A DNA stretch of 64,000 nucleotides from Octopus vulgaris (lineage: Eukaryota): NCBI GenBank assembly GCA_951406725.2, contig OX597823.1:59334001-59398000 (forward strand), given 5' to 3'. Below, one piece after another: positions 1-13,929 of this stretch. A program made the position numbers and the translations under genes. Under the pieces are notes generated by a model. It was not told the DNA's origin and made no database searches. It worked only from the letters and a program-made list of their open reading frames with translations. Position 1 is the first letter of the stretch, and each line of letters begins with the position of its first letter.

Positions 1-186
1 TTAAGAGTATTGTGTATGGCTTGGTTGGAGGCCCAAACCCTGCAGATTATTTTACAGAGCTTAGAAAAACTGAAAGACTGTTGCATTAAGTGTGTGAATC
101 TGAGAGGGGAATATGCTGAATAAAATCATAATTAATATTTCTGTATTTTCTTTTACCCAGAACCAGGAACTTTACAGCACCATCGT
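1..186 (+). mobile_element. Mariner-derived MITE, left end cut off by the window edge
   Basis: Same family as 543-762. Retains transposase C-terminal remnant (FTELRKTERLLH / KCVNLRGEYAE*) and right TIR ccaggaactttacagcaccatcg. Confidence 0.75.
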
Positions 187-204
187 GTGTATGGGTGTGT
201 TTTT

Positions 205-239
<35 letters not shown>

Positions 240-267
240 TGTGTGTGTTATATATATATATATATAT

Positions 268-465
268 GATGACCATACACATCGCTGGTCACAATGCGCT
301 TTGCATTATTTTATATATGCCACCCTGTTGGCTATAGTTGTGGCGAAAGAGTACAGCAGGGATCGCCACCACCCCTGCTAGCCTCGTAGCTTTAGATGTT
401 TTATATACTCACAACATATCAAAACCGCGATCCTACGACTAGTATACTGGGCCATTGCGCCTCCA
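268..465 (-). mobile_element. tRNA-derived SINE (family of 37146-37450) with many micro-deletions
   Basis: Minus strand reads tggaggcgcaatggcccagt...ggatcgcggtttt...taaagct...gcaggggtggtggcgatccctgctgtactct, colinear with 37146-37315. (TA)n on both flanks. Confidence 0.75.
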
Positions 466-542
466 TACATATATATATATATACATACACACACACACAC
501 ATATATATATAAATATATATACACAAACACACACACACACAC

Positions 543-762
543 ACAGGGTGGGGGATTGAAAAGTTCCTGGCTTCAAGAGTATCGGGAAAGGCCTGGTTTG
601 TGGCCTAACCTTCTGAGTTCTTTTACAGGGCTTAGAAAAGCTGAAGGACTGCTGCAATAAGGGTATAAATCTGAGGGGGGAATATGTTGAATAAAATCAT
701 AATTAACTGATCTTCTTGCATTTTCTTTTACTCAAAGCCAGGAACTTTTCAGCACCATCTCA
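543..762 (+). mobile_element. Mariner-derived MITE (~220 bp)
   Basis: TIRs tgaaaagttcctggctt / aagccaggaacttttca, TA at the right end. Internal remnant encodes the mariner C-terminus GLEKLKDCCNKGINLRGEYVE*. Confidence 0.8.
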
Positions 763-774
763 TACTTCAGGAAC

Positions 775-920
775 TCACTTACAATTGAGGGTGACTGGAG
801 CGACACATGAAATGAAGTATTTTGCTCAAGAACACAACACATGCTCAGTCCAGGGATTGAAATCACATTCTCATGATCATGAGTGCAACTTCGCTAACCA
901 CCAAGTCATTTACTTTCACA
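775..920 (-). mobile_element. Degenerate SINE head and body (family of 46519 / 61420)
   Basis: Reverse complement contains gtgttcttgagcaaaatacttcatttca...gctccagtca, as in the 46519 and 61420 copies. Confidence 0.65.
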
Positions 921-2105
921 ATACCAGTTAAGTACTGGGACTTATTTAATCAGTTAACCATCACTACCACCTCTAAAAAATTCTTTCAGCTTTGTTCTTA
1001 GGATAGAAATCAATATTTTTCATCACTGATTTAATGCAGTATTCTGAAAATTATTGTTTAGAAACTGGAACACATATTTGTTTGATAAGAATGGATTTCC
1101 TGTGTCTTTTGATCACCAATTTATATTTTACTTCTTTTACTTATATATCTTTACAGAAACAATTGTGTAACAAGAAATCACATTTCCATTCTATTTGTCG
1201 TCTTAGTTGATTGTCTAAGCCATTCTAGATTAAGTGTCAATCTCAATAGTGTAGCATGCTTAGAGAAGAAAATTTAGCATTTATTTTTATCTACCAAATA
1301 ATTTATAACAGCAACCCATATATTTCACTTTATTTTCGCATACATCTTTGTCGGCTTTTATTTTTCCCTAAGAAACAGTTTTATCTCTATTTGATGGATT
1401 GTTATGGCATTTTCTTATTAATTTTCTTAATGTTCAATAACAATTTGGTAAATGAAAATATATCTTTATGAGGAACATTTTAAGAGATTCCATTTCAAGA
1501 ACATAAAATTGTTTCAGGTGCTTTATGGAAAATCTAGTGAAATACAACAGCTATTGTACCTTCAGAAAAATGATGTTGGGGATGGAGTATATTGGTATGA
1601 TATGAGAATGAAATTTATGAAATCGTAGCATAAATATCGGATCAGCAGAAATGGGATAGGTGAAATGGATAGAAGAAAATATGGAATAAGATATAAGCTA
1701 TTTTTAACAGTGAATATTCTAGATGATATATTTTCAAAGAACCTTTCAGCAATCTTTCTTTTAATTATGGGCTACTTGGAACTCATGAATAATTTTGACA
1801 ATCATAATTCACAGAAAGTTTCAAGAATTACTTAGACAATTTTTGAATAGTTGAAACATTAAATATGCTCTACTCTTAAATGACTGAGTAATATTATGAT
1901 CATAAAACTTGAAGAAAGCTGAATAATTTTTATGCTGCATAGCATAGTTAGCTGACTAATGCTGAACAGAAAGTATTTAGAACATGAAGTTAGTATAACA
2001 ACTCTTGTATTTTTCTTGAAATCTTCAATCCATTGGTTAAGGTTGGACATATATTTGCACATGCGTGCCCAGGTCAGGGCAAGATTTTTAATAACTCTTT
2101 TGATA

Positions 2106-2340
2106 CCTATTTCTTTATTGCTCACAAAGGGCTAAACATAGAGGGGACAAACAAGGACAGACAAACGGATTAAGTTGATTACATCGACCTCAGTGCATAA
2201 AAGGTACTTTATTTATCGACTCCAAAAGGTTGAAAGGCAAAGTTGACCTCGACGGAATTTGAACTCAAAACATAACGGCAGACGAAATACCGCTAAGCAT
2301 TTCGCCCGGTGTGCTAACATTTCTGCCAGCTCGCCACCTT
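2106..2340 (-). mobile_element. SINE family B, full length
   Basis: Head aaggtggcgagctggcagaaatgttag (A-box-like), B-box gagttcaaattcc, core gactttgcctttca..cctttt.gg.gtcgataaa. 15-bp TSD taactcttttgatac (2092-2106) / taactctattgatac (2340-2354). Confidence 0.85.
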
Positions 2341-3109
2341 AACTCTATTGATACAAGCCTGCCTGAAACTGTCCAAGTAACCAAAAAAAAAAAAACAGAG
2401 ATTGCATGTTGTATGATAAAAAAAATAATATTTTTCAGGGTTTAAATGAAGGTATTGCAGGAGTTATGGTACAAGATAAAAGCTATCTGTTTTGTAGGAA
2501 TAGGTAATTTGGCAGTGTTTTCTTGTCTTAGCTATGGCAGTGCAGCTATGAGTGAACTACTTGGAATACTGGGTGTATGTGCTCTTGTCGTATGTGTGAT
2601 ATAGAAGGAACTTGCTTAAGAAAATAGTTTCAGTTCCTTGTTTCAGATGGTCCCCACATACAGCATGCATGCTACCAGAGATTGTTAGAATAGAAATTAG
2701 CAGATTTTAGACCAATCAACTGATTTGATGTGCTGGAGAATCCAAGTGACTGAGTATTGCATAGTATATCTGTGGATGGGTGGATGGGTGCAATGAGGCT
2801 GAGATGGTGAGAGTTTGGAAAAGATTCGTTTGCAGATGAGAATAATAGAACAACATGGGTATATGCTTGTGTGATGATAAGAGATGTGTTTAGAGACGAA
2901 ATCAGTTGCTGTAGATATTCATTGGTTGCAACGGATACAGTTTGTTCATGGGTGCCTCAGTATGCTATGAGTGTAAAAGCTACAAAGAGTTTAACATTAT
3001 ATAAACGTGCGAGTACATGTGTGTATTCATGTGTATATGTCTATGTTCGTGTGTGCATGTGTGTGTGTGTGTATACATGCACGTGCATGTGTGTGTGTGT
3101 GTGTGCATG

Positions 3110-3142
<33 letters not shown>

Positions 3143-3251
3143 CTTTGTTGTAAAAGAAATATCATTTAATAATTGTCTAGGCATATATATGTACATACAC
3201 CGGTATGTATGCATCTTCAACACTAGATACAATAGGATTATTGTTATTATC

Positions 3252-3252
<1 letters not shown>

Positions 3253-3303
<51 letters not shown>
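3253..3303. repeat. (AGT)n microsatellite
   Basis: Direct reading. Source of the poly-S/V/T ORFs. Confidence 0.95.
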
Positions 3304-3731
3304 TCGTTGTTATTGTTTGTGTGTAAGTTTTGTGAGATTATTAATGCTTTATTTACATGTGACAAAAAATATATACATGCACCGACAAACACACACATGA
3401 GCACACATACACATGTGGCACATTCTCACACACACACACATACACAAACACACACACTCACATACATACACACACACACACATGTGCAAACACACCATAT
3501 ACATGTGATAAATTCTGTAAATACAGACTTGTTTGTAATGAGCTTATTTAGTATATTGGCAGAATTTTAAATTGGTTTACTTTGTCTTAAGAATATATCT
3601 TTTAATAATTGCTTCCAGTTGGAAGATCGACTGTGGGAGAAAATTTTGATTTTATTTTGCATCAGTCTCAACGTTTTTTTTTACATGTTCTGAACTACTG
3701 GTAAACATTGTAAATACTCGAAATTCACTCA

Positions 3732-3781
<50 letters not shown>

Positions 3782-3826
3782 ACACACACATACACACATA
3801 CATACATACATACATACATACATAGT

Positions 3827-4188
3827 CTTTTATTCTTTTTCTTGTTTCAGTCATTTAACTGCGGCCATGCTGGAGCACTGCCTTAAAGGGTTTTAGTCAA
3901 AGAAATTGATGCTGGAAGTTATTCTTTGTAGGCTTGTACTTATTCTATCAGTCTCTGTTGCCGAAACGCAAAGTTATGGGGTCAAAAACACACCAGCATC
4001 AGTTGTCAAGCAATGGCACTGTTACACACACAAACACATACACACAGGTGCATATATACACGACAGGCTTCTCTCAGTTTCCTTCTACCAAATCCACTCA
4101 CAAGGCCTAAGGTGCCATGTAGTGGGACTGAACATGGAACCATGTGGTTGGGAAGTAAGCTTCTTACCACATAGCCACACCTGTGCCT
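3827..4188 (-). mobile_element. SINE family A with an internal deletion
   Basis: Matches 53146-53550, including the tail gtgctccagcatggccgcagt..aatgactgaaacaag. Confidence 0.85.
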
Positions 4189-4201
4189 ATATACATACAT
4201 G

Positions 4202-4241
<40 letters not shown>

Positions 4242-4242
4242 A

Positions 4243-4370
4243 TTGTTAAACAGGATGTCAAACATTAAGGCAAGGCTAACATCTCAAGTCATATACAATA
4301 ATATTACAGGAAGAAATTCAAAATCTTGAGATGTTTACCTTGCCGTAATGTTTGGCATCCTGTTTAACAA
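4243..4370. repeat. Inverted repeat, ~46-bp arms with a 36-nt spacer, in TA-rich context
   Basis: ttgttaaacaggatgtcaaacattaaggcaaggctaacatctcaag (4243-4288) versus cttgagatgtttaccttgccgtaatgtttggcatcctgtttaacaa (4325-4370). Confidence 0.9.
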
Positions 4371-4508
4371 ATTATATATCCGCTGCATCAGAAATCTGCA
4401 ATGGCTACATAACTACCATCTCGGCTATAACCTTGGCGCCCCAGTAATCCGTTACAGCACTTAACTAGTGTACCTAATCATTTAAATCACCTGTGAACTA
4501 AACCCCTG

Positions 4509-4550
<42 letters not shown>

Positions 4551-4552
<2 letters not shown>

Positions 4553-4800
4553 TGGTGGCACGTAAAAAGCACCATCCGATCGTGGCCGTTTTCCAGCCTC
4601 GTCTGGCACTCGTCGTGGCACGTAAAAAGCACCCACTACACTCACAGAGTGGTTGGCGTTAGGAAGGGCATCCAGCCATAGAAACATTGCCAGATCAGAC
4701 TGGGCCTGGTGCAGCCTTCCGGCTTCTCAGACCCCAGTTAAACCGTCTAACCCATGCTAGCATGGAAGCGGACACTAAACGATGAAGATGATGATGATGA

Positions 4801-4803
<3 letters not shown>
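4551..4803 (+). mobile_element. SINE family C 3' part with (GAT)n tail
   Basis: Repeated ggcacgtaaaaagcacc units, gttggcgttaggaagggcatccagc core, aacccatgctagcatggaa...aacgatga(gat)n tail. Other copies at 26530-26842(+), 50523-50820(-), 59040-59455(+). Confidence 0.85.
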
Positions 4804-4831
<28 letters not shown>

Positions 4832-4834
<3 letters not shown>

Positions 4835-5050
4835 TTGGCAGCATCACTTGTGTCTCAGTTTGGTTCATTTGGTCCCTCCTTGATGCTTAAACCTAACAGC
4901 TCAAAAAGCCAAGTCAGGAATGGAACAGTTTCAAGCACTGATTGTATGGCAAGGTGGGTGGAGGTCTTGGCTGGAGTTGCCAGACCTTGTGTTGCTTTTT
5001 TTTTTGCTTCTTCTGTAATTTTCCTCCTCTCCTCAAAAGTGGAATAGCCA
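4832..5050 (-). pseudogene. 3' end of an RTE-like non-LTR retrotransposon, decayed
   Basis: TFEERRKITEEAKKK, then in a shifted frame LPYNQCLKLFHS*LGFLSC, which resembles the RTE C-terminal CxxC...SRxGLxSH motif. Confidence 0.5.
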
Positions 5051-5483
5051 AAATGAATATACATATATATACATACATACATATTAATATTTCGCTTCTG
5101 CATAGTAAGACTAATAACCTGGTGTAGAACTGAACTCAATATATATGATTGATTGATTGATTGATTCCAGTTTCAGCTTATGAGCTGTGGCCATGCTGGG
5201 GCACATATATATATGTATTATGCAGAACATCATTTTAAAAGAGTATAGATTGGTAATAGATCTTTCCATAGCTGTCAACATTAACATCCTTACTCCTAAT
5301 GCCTGTACGTTCTGAAAATGTAAATTTTCCCAAATAAATTCCACTTCATATTCAAAGGCTCTGATAAAGCAATAGGATGTTACCCAGGGACTCAACTAGA
5401 ATCCACCACATCTTATTACAGAAACAACTGTAAGGTAATGAAAACCCGTGCTAGCTCAGAAAACGGACGTTAAACGATGATGA

Positions 5484-5513
5484 TGTCTCTGGTGTCATCT
5501 CTTTATTCTTATG

Positions 5514-5545
<32 letters not shown>

Positions 5546-5750
5546 AATGTATGTGACCACGTGTGTATTGTTGGCAATTTTTTCCTCCATCTGCCCTTCC
5601 TTGGATCTTTCCTTTTTCTATATTTCTGACGAAGAGCTCCACTCGAAATGTTAAATCCTCCTTCTTTCTTTCCTTTCCTGAGCGTCCAGTAACACTATAC
5701 TTGTTCCACGTCCTCGCGTTGTTGTGTTTTCATGTTTGGATTAACGTTAT
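5484..5750 (+). mobile_element. Penelope-like 3' repeat fragment with hammerhead motif
   Basis: Pyrimidine-rich segment containing the hammerhead core at 5622-5656 and ending in (TA)n. Shares ttcctgagcgt with the 42146 family. Confidence 0.65.
5622..5656 (+). ncRNA. Minimal type I hammerhead ribozyme motif
   Basis: attt-CTGACGA-a-GAG ctcca CTC-GAAA-tgTT-aaat: stem I attt/aaat, both catalytic boxes intact, 3-bp stem II, stem III reduced (AAtGTT, probably AACGTT before CpG decay). Confidence 0.7.
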
Positions 5751-5770
5751 ATATATATATATATATATAA

Positions 5771-6010
5771 GAGCAATACATAGACCAAACAAAAAACAGT
5801 CTACGTAAAAGAATAGCCCTGCACAGATCCCTGATAAAAATTCCCTAAAACAGAAAAATAGCATTCAGCCAATGCATAGACATTTGTGCCAATAACAAAA
5901 ATCCAAGCTTCAGAATTTTTCCCCTCTACCAATTCAGGGATGATACAACCTGGAGCCAACGAGTTAGTAAAGAGATTCTCTGCATGACAAAATACAGGCC
6001 CCTTCTGAAT
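5771..6010 (+). pseudogene. Penelope-like GIY-YIG endonuclease remnant, 5'-truncated
   Basis: EQYIDQTKNSLRKRIALHRSLIKIP*NRKIAFSQCIDICANNKNPSFRIF..PLYQF...RVSKEILCMTKYRPLLN fits the YIGxT-R-H...E...LN pattern. One stop and one frameshift. Not in the ORF track. Confidence 0.8.
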
Positions 6011-6388
6011 GCATCTACAACAAATGACATATCCACCTCGGTCTTAGTAGGACACAAATACACATGCAAATGTTAAAAATGATAAACTCAAGAGATTCCC
6101 AAAAATTCATTAAAAAAACAGTCCCAATCAGTGCTATAATCCATAACGTGCCAATTTTAAGTCATTCAATCATTTAACACCTTACTACTTTCACACTACC
6201 TACATTCCTTATTATTCTCCCTTCTCTTTCTTCTTCTTCTTCTTTTTCCCTATCAAGAATTCACAAGAGTAAACAAGAGAGACAGAGACAGGCAGAAACA
6301 AGGGAAATGCCACTTGTATTTGAACACTATACAAATATTCTTTTAAAATACTTTTCTTCTAATTTTTCTAAATTTAATTGTTTAATTG

Positions 6389-6430
6389 TTACAGTTGAAA
6401 AAGTCTCAATGACTGAAACCAGTATTGAAA
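6389..6430 (+). ncRNA. Degenerate hammerhead motif at the 3' end of the 5771 PLE remnant
   Basis: ttacag-TTGAAAA-a-GTC tcaat GAC-t-GAAA-ccag-TA-ttgaa. The core is mutated, but position and architecture fit. Confidence 0.4.
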
Positions 6431-7752
6431 TGTTTTTATAAAATTATTTTGGCATTTTCTATCTTGACTTTTTTTTTCCATATATATATATATATATACA
6501 GGTAAACATTGACATACTGGAAATTTTGTCACTAAGTCTCTCTCTCTTTCACACTATTTACATACATACATGCATACACATATATATATTCTTTTATTCT
6601 TTTTCTTGTTTCTGTCATTTGACTGTGGTCTGCGATGTAGATGTTTTAAACTTTGCATTTATATAGTCTGACAAGCTGTCTACAAGGCTCCACTTTGTGG
6701 ATGAAAAACCTTGAGTAACTCTATGCCCAAGGTATAAAATTTTTGTTGTAATAATTACTGCACTATTCTTTAGAGTGTGCTTCTTTCTGATATATGTCCT
6801 TTTTATTAACTATATATATATATATATATATACATATATATAGTTTGCTGCTCCACTAAGGTGAAATCAACAAAAAGTAGTACTCCATTCAGTGAGAAAT
6901 AAATATCACTTATTGCAAAGAGTATAATGATAGGAGCTTCTAATCCAGGCAAATCATCCAACTCATGCCAGCATGCTTAAATGATGCTGATGCTGATGAT
7001 GATGCTGATGAGAATGATGATGACAATGATGATGATGATGATGATGAGACCCTTGAAGAAGTGTGATAGCTACCAGTATCAATTGATTAAACTGACGCCA
7101 GTATTTGACTAGTTCTTCTTTATTTCATTGATCCCAGAAAGACGAAAGTCAAATTCGTCACTGGCAGCATTTCAAGTAAAGAACTATAAAGGACCGAAAC
7201 TTAAATACCACAAGGTATTTTGTCCAACGCTCTAACGATTCTGCCTGCCAAGTCACATTATTTTAATAAGTACATTGAAAATACAGTGGCTGTTTTAATC
7301 TTCTTTATACCTTCTTTCCGTTGCCAAAAATTGACTTTGATTTTCTTCATGTGTACACAATTTTGAAACAATGAACAATTTGCTTTGCCCTTCATAGAAC
7401 ATAATCTGAACTAATTCCAGAGAACTTGACCTATATAACAAAAGGTTTCCAAGTTCTAATCTCATTGATGAATCTAATAATCAAATAGGTTCCCATTAAA
7501 TTCTTATAAATAAATAAGAGTGAAAAGCATTAGCCTGGTTCTGTAAAAGCTGTTTCTAAAGGTGAATACCATTCTTATAGTAAAACATCAAACCCTACCC
7601 TACCCTACCCTACGCTCTTTTATTAGTCTTTTGACTTTTTTTTTCTGTCCTTTACTTGGATTGGTCCACTTGTGGGTTCAATCTCTATTCCCAAATAATA
7701 TATTAACAGTTTGTGAAGTATGTATATAAATATGCATCTGTCGGTGAACAAA

Positions 7753-7762
7753 TATAGATAGT

Positions 7763-7838
<76 letters not shown>

Positions 7839-8070
7839 ATGATAGATAGATAGATAGATTGATAGATAGACACACTGACAGACAGACAAACGGACAGACA
7901 GACAGATAGATGGATAGGGGAATGGATGAATGGATAACTTGACAGACAGACAGACAGATAGACAGGTAGGTAGGTACGTAGGTAGGTAGGTAGGTAGGTA
8001 GCTAGGTAGACTGAAAGATAGATAGACCTAAGTTCATAGATAAATAGATAGATTGATAGATAGATATATA
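7753..8070. repeat. Compound (GATA)n/(GACA)n/(GGTA)n microsatellite
   Basis: Direct reading. Confidence 0.95.
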
Positions 8071-8179
8071 AATACATACGTAATCTATTATATCTGTCAT
8101 CACTCATGTATATATAAACATTTTTATATGTGTAAATATCGGCACTTATCTGTAAGTGTACATACAGTTTGTATACATC

Positions 8180-8385
8180 AAGGTGGTGCGCTGGCAGAAA
8201 CATTAGCACACTGGGCGAAATGCTGAGCAATATTTCATATCTTTATGTTCTGAGTTCAAATTCTGCTGAGGTCGACTTTGCCTTTCAGGGTCGATAAATT
8301 AAGTACCAGCTGTGAACTGGGGTCAGTCTAATTGACTGGTTCCATCTCCAGAAATTTCGGGCCTTGGGCCTAGAGTAGAAAAGTA
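8180..8385 (+). mobile_element. SINE family B, alternative tail
   Basis: Same head and core as 19014, tail aaatttcgggcctt.ggcctagagtagaaaag. Similar copies at 12620-12835(+), 16017-16240(+), 34850-35063(-), 57857-58075(+), 58395-58607(-). Confidence 0.8.
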
Positions 8386-8391
8386 TTTATA

Positions 8392-8464
8392 TAGAGTAGT
8401 ACTTTGGTTTTCAAACAACTCTGATCACTATTAAAACATGCTTAATATATATATATATATATAT

Positions 8465-8525
<61 letters not shown>

Positions 8526-8663
8526 TATATAAAGCACGATTTATACATGATCAGATGCATTCATAAACCGAGGTACTACTGTATTAAATGAATATGAGAA
8601 AGACAGGAGATAAAGCACGATTTATTTGTGATCAGAGTTGTTTGAAAACTGACGGTACTACTG

Positions 8664-8665
<2 letters not shown>
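8392..8665. mobile_element. pogo/Tigger-like MITE with a duplicated right terminus
   Basis: Left tagagtagtactttggttttcaaacaactctgatcac is inverted to right gtgatcagagttgtttgaaaactgacggtactactgta. A second right-end copy ends at 8583 (gaggtactactgta). TA ends. Confidence 0.7.
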
Positions 8666-8701
<36 letters not shown>

Positions 8702-8749
8702 TATGTAGATGTATATATACATATAGAGAGAGAGAGAGAGAGAGAGATA

Positions 8750-10047
8750 CAGGGTGCTGTGAATAACTTGTCTAAATTGTGCAATATTGAAAATAACACT
8801 GACATCTCATTTCAATAGATATATGTACCAAAAGTACATAAAAATATCTTCAAATACAAAAGAGTTAATTTATTCAACAAAATCGCATTGTCTTCAATCA
8901 TGACCTCCAGACAACTTTGGAATCTCCTGCGACTCTTCTGGGACGGTTTCCTTATTTAAGTTCGTGAATGCTGCCATAATCCTTGCCTTATGTTTATCTT
9001 TGGTGTTACAAGGAGTTTTGTTAGTCTTTCGCTCAACTGTGCCCCACACAGAATAATCAAAGGGCTTGCAGTCTGGAGAGTTAGGTGGCCAGATGTTAGG
9101 GTTGATGTGGTCAGAGAAATTGTCTGACAGGCATGACTGGGTTCTACTGATTTTGTGGCATAGAGCAGAGTCCTGTTGCCAGACATAGGGTCTTCCAGCA
9201 GCTACTCTCTTGACCCAGGGCAGCACTACCTCTTCCAAGCACTTGATGTAGACCACCGTGTTGAGTTTGGGGCTGTACGGGAAGATGACTGGAAGCATAA
9301 TGTCACCAACACTAGTGATCACTCAAAACACCTTGATGTTGACTGGATGTTTGATTTTTATCACTCTCAGTATATGTTTTGAGTGCACAGCAAGCCAACA
9401 GTTGTTCTGTGTGTTCCCCATCTGATACTGGCAAAACTTTTTCTTGTCTAAAACAACCAAAGCATGTTCAGTTAGAAGGGATGCTTGAGTTTGTCCCAAA
9501 ACTTCATAGCATGATCTTTCCTGTTGTCCTTGATGGCTCGGGATAAAAATTGGCCCTTTCTCATCTTGTATGAAGAATACTGAATGTCTTCATGCACCAC
9601 CTGCTTGATAAGAAACTGAAACACACCCATGTCCCAGGCAATAACCTGATTGACTTGGAGGGATCATTGTCAATCATGGCCTGAATCTCACCAACAAATT
9701 CGGGAGTTATTTTCTTATCAGAATGATCAGAGTGAGTTTTCCGAGCTGCCATACCTTCATAATCACCATTAGACTTATGCAACTCATTTCGAATCCTCTG
9801 CACTGTCCTCAGATTGACACCCAAACACTCAGAAATGTTTGTATTGGAGCTTCCAGTATGAATACCAAGCAGTACAGCATGTCATTTCTAAATTTCTGAC
9901 AGAGGGAATTGCATCATGGTGCTGTTTATCTAACACACGGTGCCCAGCTGACCCTACTATACTGTATAGTTGACAAAATCAAAAACACACAATGCACATG
10001 CTCAAGATCAAAATATAAAATGGTGAGAATTTACCAATCACAGCCTG
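8750..10047 (-). mobile_element. Decayed full-length Tc1/mariner element, DD37D (maT) type
   Basis: ~1.3 kb with degenerate CAGG-starting TIRs (ta|cagggtgctgtgaataa; caggctgtgattggtaa on minus). Transposase fragments inside. Confidence 0.85.
8894..9918 (-). pseudogene. DD37D transposase pseudogene
   Basis: HTH-like GVNLRTVQRIRNEL (9561-9824). Catalytic region YVWQQD-(37 aa counted)-D within WPPNSPDCKPFDYSVWG (8894-9322). The first-D region near 9450 is disrupted. Stops and frameshifts present. Confidence 0.9.
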
Positions 10048-10554
10048 TCTGTGTGTGTGTTTACACATGTATATAAATGGGTATACATACATACATTTAT
10101 ATATATATACACACCACACACAAAGACACACAAACACACATAAATGCACACACATAAGTACCAATGTTCGTGTGTCAATGTATTTGGAAATATTTACAGA
10201 CAAATCTTACATTCTGTGATTTAAATTTGAAATTTTATATCCAAAATTCTGAAGCACTTTGATGTAGTGAATCAAACCCTAAAGAATTTTGGCTCGAAAT
10301 CCAAGACATATTCATTTTGTTTACAACAAAGGCCTCACATTTTGATTTACAGCAGACAAGTACATATAAATAAAATTATCTCCAACTAATATTCCTTTTG
10401 TGATAATATCGATAGTGTGGGTTTGGTAGGTTATTCATTTGCTTGATTTTTACATCCATTTTTCCATGTCAGCATGGGTTATATGAATACAGCATTGGGG
10501 CATTGATCGGAGGAGGTAGGTATGTTGATAAGTAACTACGTAGGTAGGCAGTCA

Positions 10555-12097
<1,543 letters not shown>

Positions 12098-13048
12098 GAA
12101 ATAAATTAGCCGTCAATAACAGTATATAATGTATTGATCTGGAATAGTATCTCTTGGCAGGAATTTCAATATTGTGTCCTCCTTCATAAATAACCCCAAC
12201 TCTACAATTCAGTTTATTTTTATAGCAAAATGGCTGAAGACTATTGATCATTATTAATGATTTTAAATATTGACAGAGTGCTTTTAACAAACCTCTCAAT
12301 GTAAAATACTAATTTTTACATCAAATTGAAGAAGAAAACAGTCATGTTTGTTTTATATTTTTTTCCTTGGGCATATTTTTGTTTGTTTGGTTTTGCTTTT
12401 TTTATTTTTATCCACTTGCTAATACTATCGCAGATTGTGATATGATATAGATCCCAAATAATTGGTTCTCCATTGAAAGATTTGTATAAGCAGGAATATA
12501 TTTGTAGGTGGAGAATAGTTCTGTAAATGTATATAGTTGGAGACTGAGAAGTTTATAGTGTGTCCGTAGATTAAGAGTTCTATGGTTCACATATGATCAC
12601 CAATATTTTTAGTATTATTCAAGTGGCGAGCTGGCTGAAATGTTAGCACACCGGGTGAAATGCTTAGCGGTATTTCATCTGTCTTTAAGTTTTGAGTTCA
12701 AATTCTGCCAAGGTTGACTTTGCCTTTCATCCTTTCAGGGTCGACAAATTAAGTACCATTTCAATATTGGGGTCAATCTAATCGACTGCTCCCTGTCCCC
12801 CAAAATTTTGGGCCTTGTGCCTAGAGTAGAAAATAATATTTGTTTTGTTAGGAATCATGAGCTTAACTCTCAAGTTCTTTTACTTGTTTCAGTTACTTAA
12901 CTTTGGCCATATGGGAGACCACCTTGAAGGGTTTTAGTCGAACAAGTCAACCCCAGAGTTTATTTCTTAAGCCAAGTACTTATTTTACCGGTCTCTTTTG
13001 AGGTGATGGAGGAACAAACACAGACAAAAAGACACACACACATAAATA

Positions 13049-13126
<78 letters not shown>

Positions 13127-13258
13127 TGTGTGTGTGTGTGTATACAAGTTCAGTAAAATTTAGATTCAAATGAATATGGTACTTAAGTTAAAGGCACCAG
13201 AATTTAGTATGGTAATTCAAAATTGGGTGATTATAATCAAAATAAGCAAGAAGGATAT

Positions 13259-13304
<46 letters not shown>

Positions 13305-13306
<2 letters not shown>

Positions 13307-13706
13307 TTCTTTATTAGCCACATAGGGTTACACACAGATGGGACAAATTACAAGGTAGAGCTTTTCTTTTTGGGGAGAAAAAATAGGGTGGGGGTAGGTT
13401 TTCAATCAAAAGTGATCGTAAAAAAAGAAGGAAAAAGGAAAGAGAAAGAGGAAAGCAAAAAAAAATCGATCAATAGGGATCGTGTATTACAGAAATGTCA
13501 TGATATAAAGTGTAAAGGGGGAAACAGATGAGTTTTATCCATGGAAAGAAAAGCCTACGCAAAAGACCACGGTAACCTCGATCAAAAATGTCAGTTGTTA
13601 ATACATTCCAGGGATCTTTGGAAGTTGTCTATAGGTCCCGGCCCAAAAGTCGTCTTAAACAGGAGGGTCAGGTATTCCTCGTCGACGCCCAGGTTCGCCC
13701 CAGAAG
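13305..13706 (-). mobile_element. Probable 3' UTR of a LINE inserted in (TA)n
   Basis: CpG-rich relative to background. The minus strand is pyrimidine-rich and ends ggctaataaagaag directly into (TA)n. Clade not determinable. Confidence 0.5.
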
Positions 13707-13929
13707 GGTTTCTTTCAGCTTCTGTCTACCAAATCCACTCACAAGGCTTTCGTCAGCCTGAATCTATAGTAGAAGACACTCAACCAAAGTACCACAAATT
13801 GGGACTGAACCCAGAACCATATGGTGGAACGCAAGCTTCTTACCACACAACCACACTCAGATCTTTCTTTTCATTTTCTATTGTATGACAAGGATATGCT
13901 GTTGCAGTGTTAATCTTTTATTTTTATTA

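Noticed and set aside
1518-1593. Possible small exon (tttcag|GTG...TTG|gtatga)
   Set aside because: Weak polypyrimidine tract, unrecognised peptide, no partner exons.
6685-6725. Hammerhead-like stem tccac-ttt-gtgga followed by tgaaa
   Set aside because: No CUGANGA box at the correct position.
7592-7613. Telomere-like (CCCTA)n
   Set aside because: Four pentamer units only, not TTAGGG; an ordinary microsatellite.
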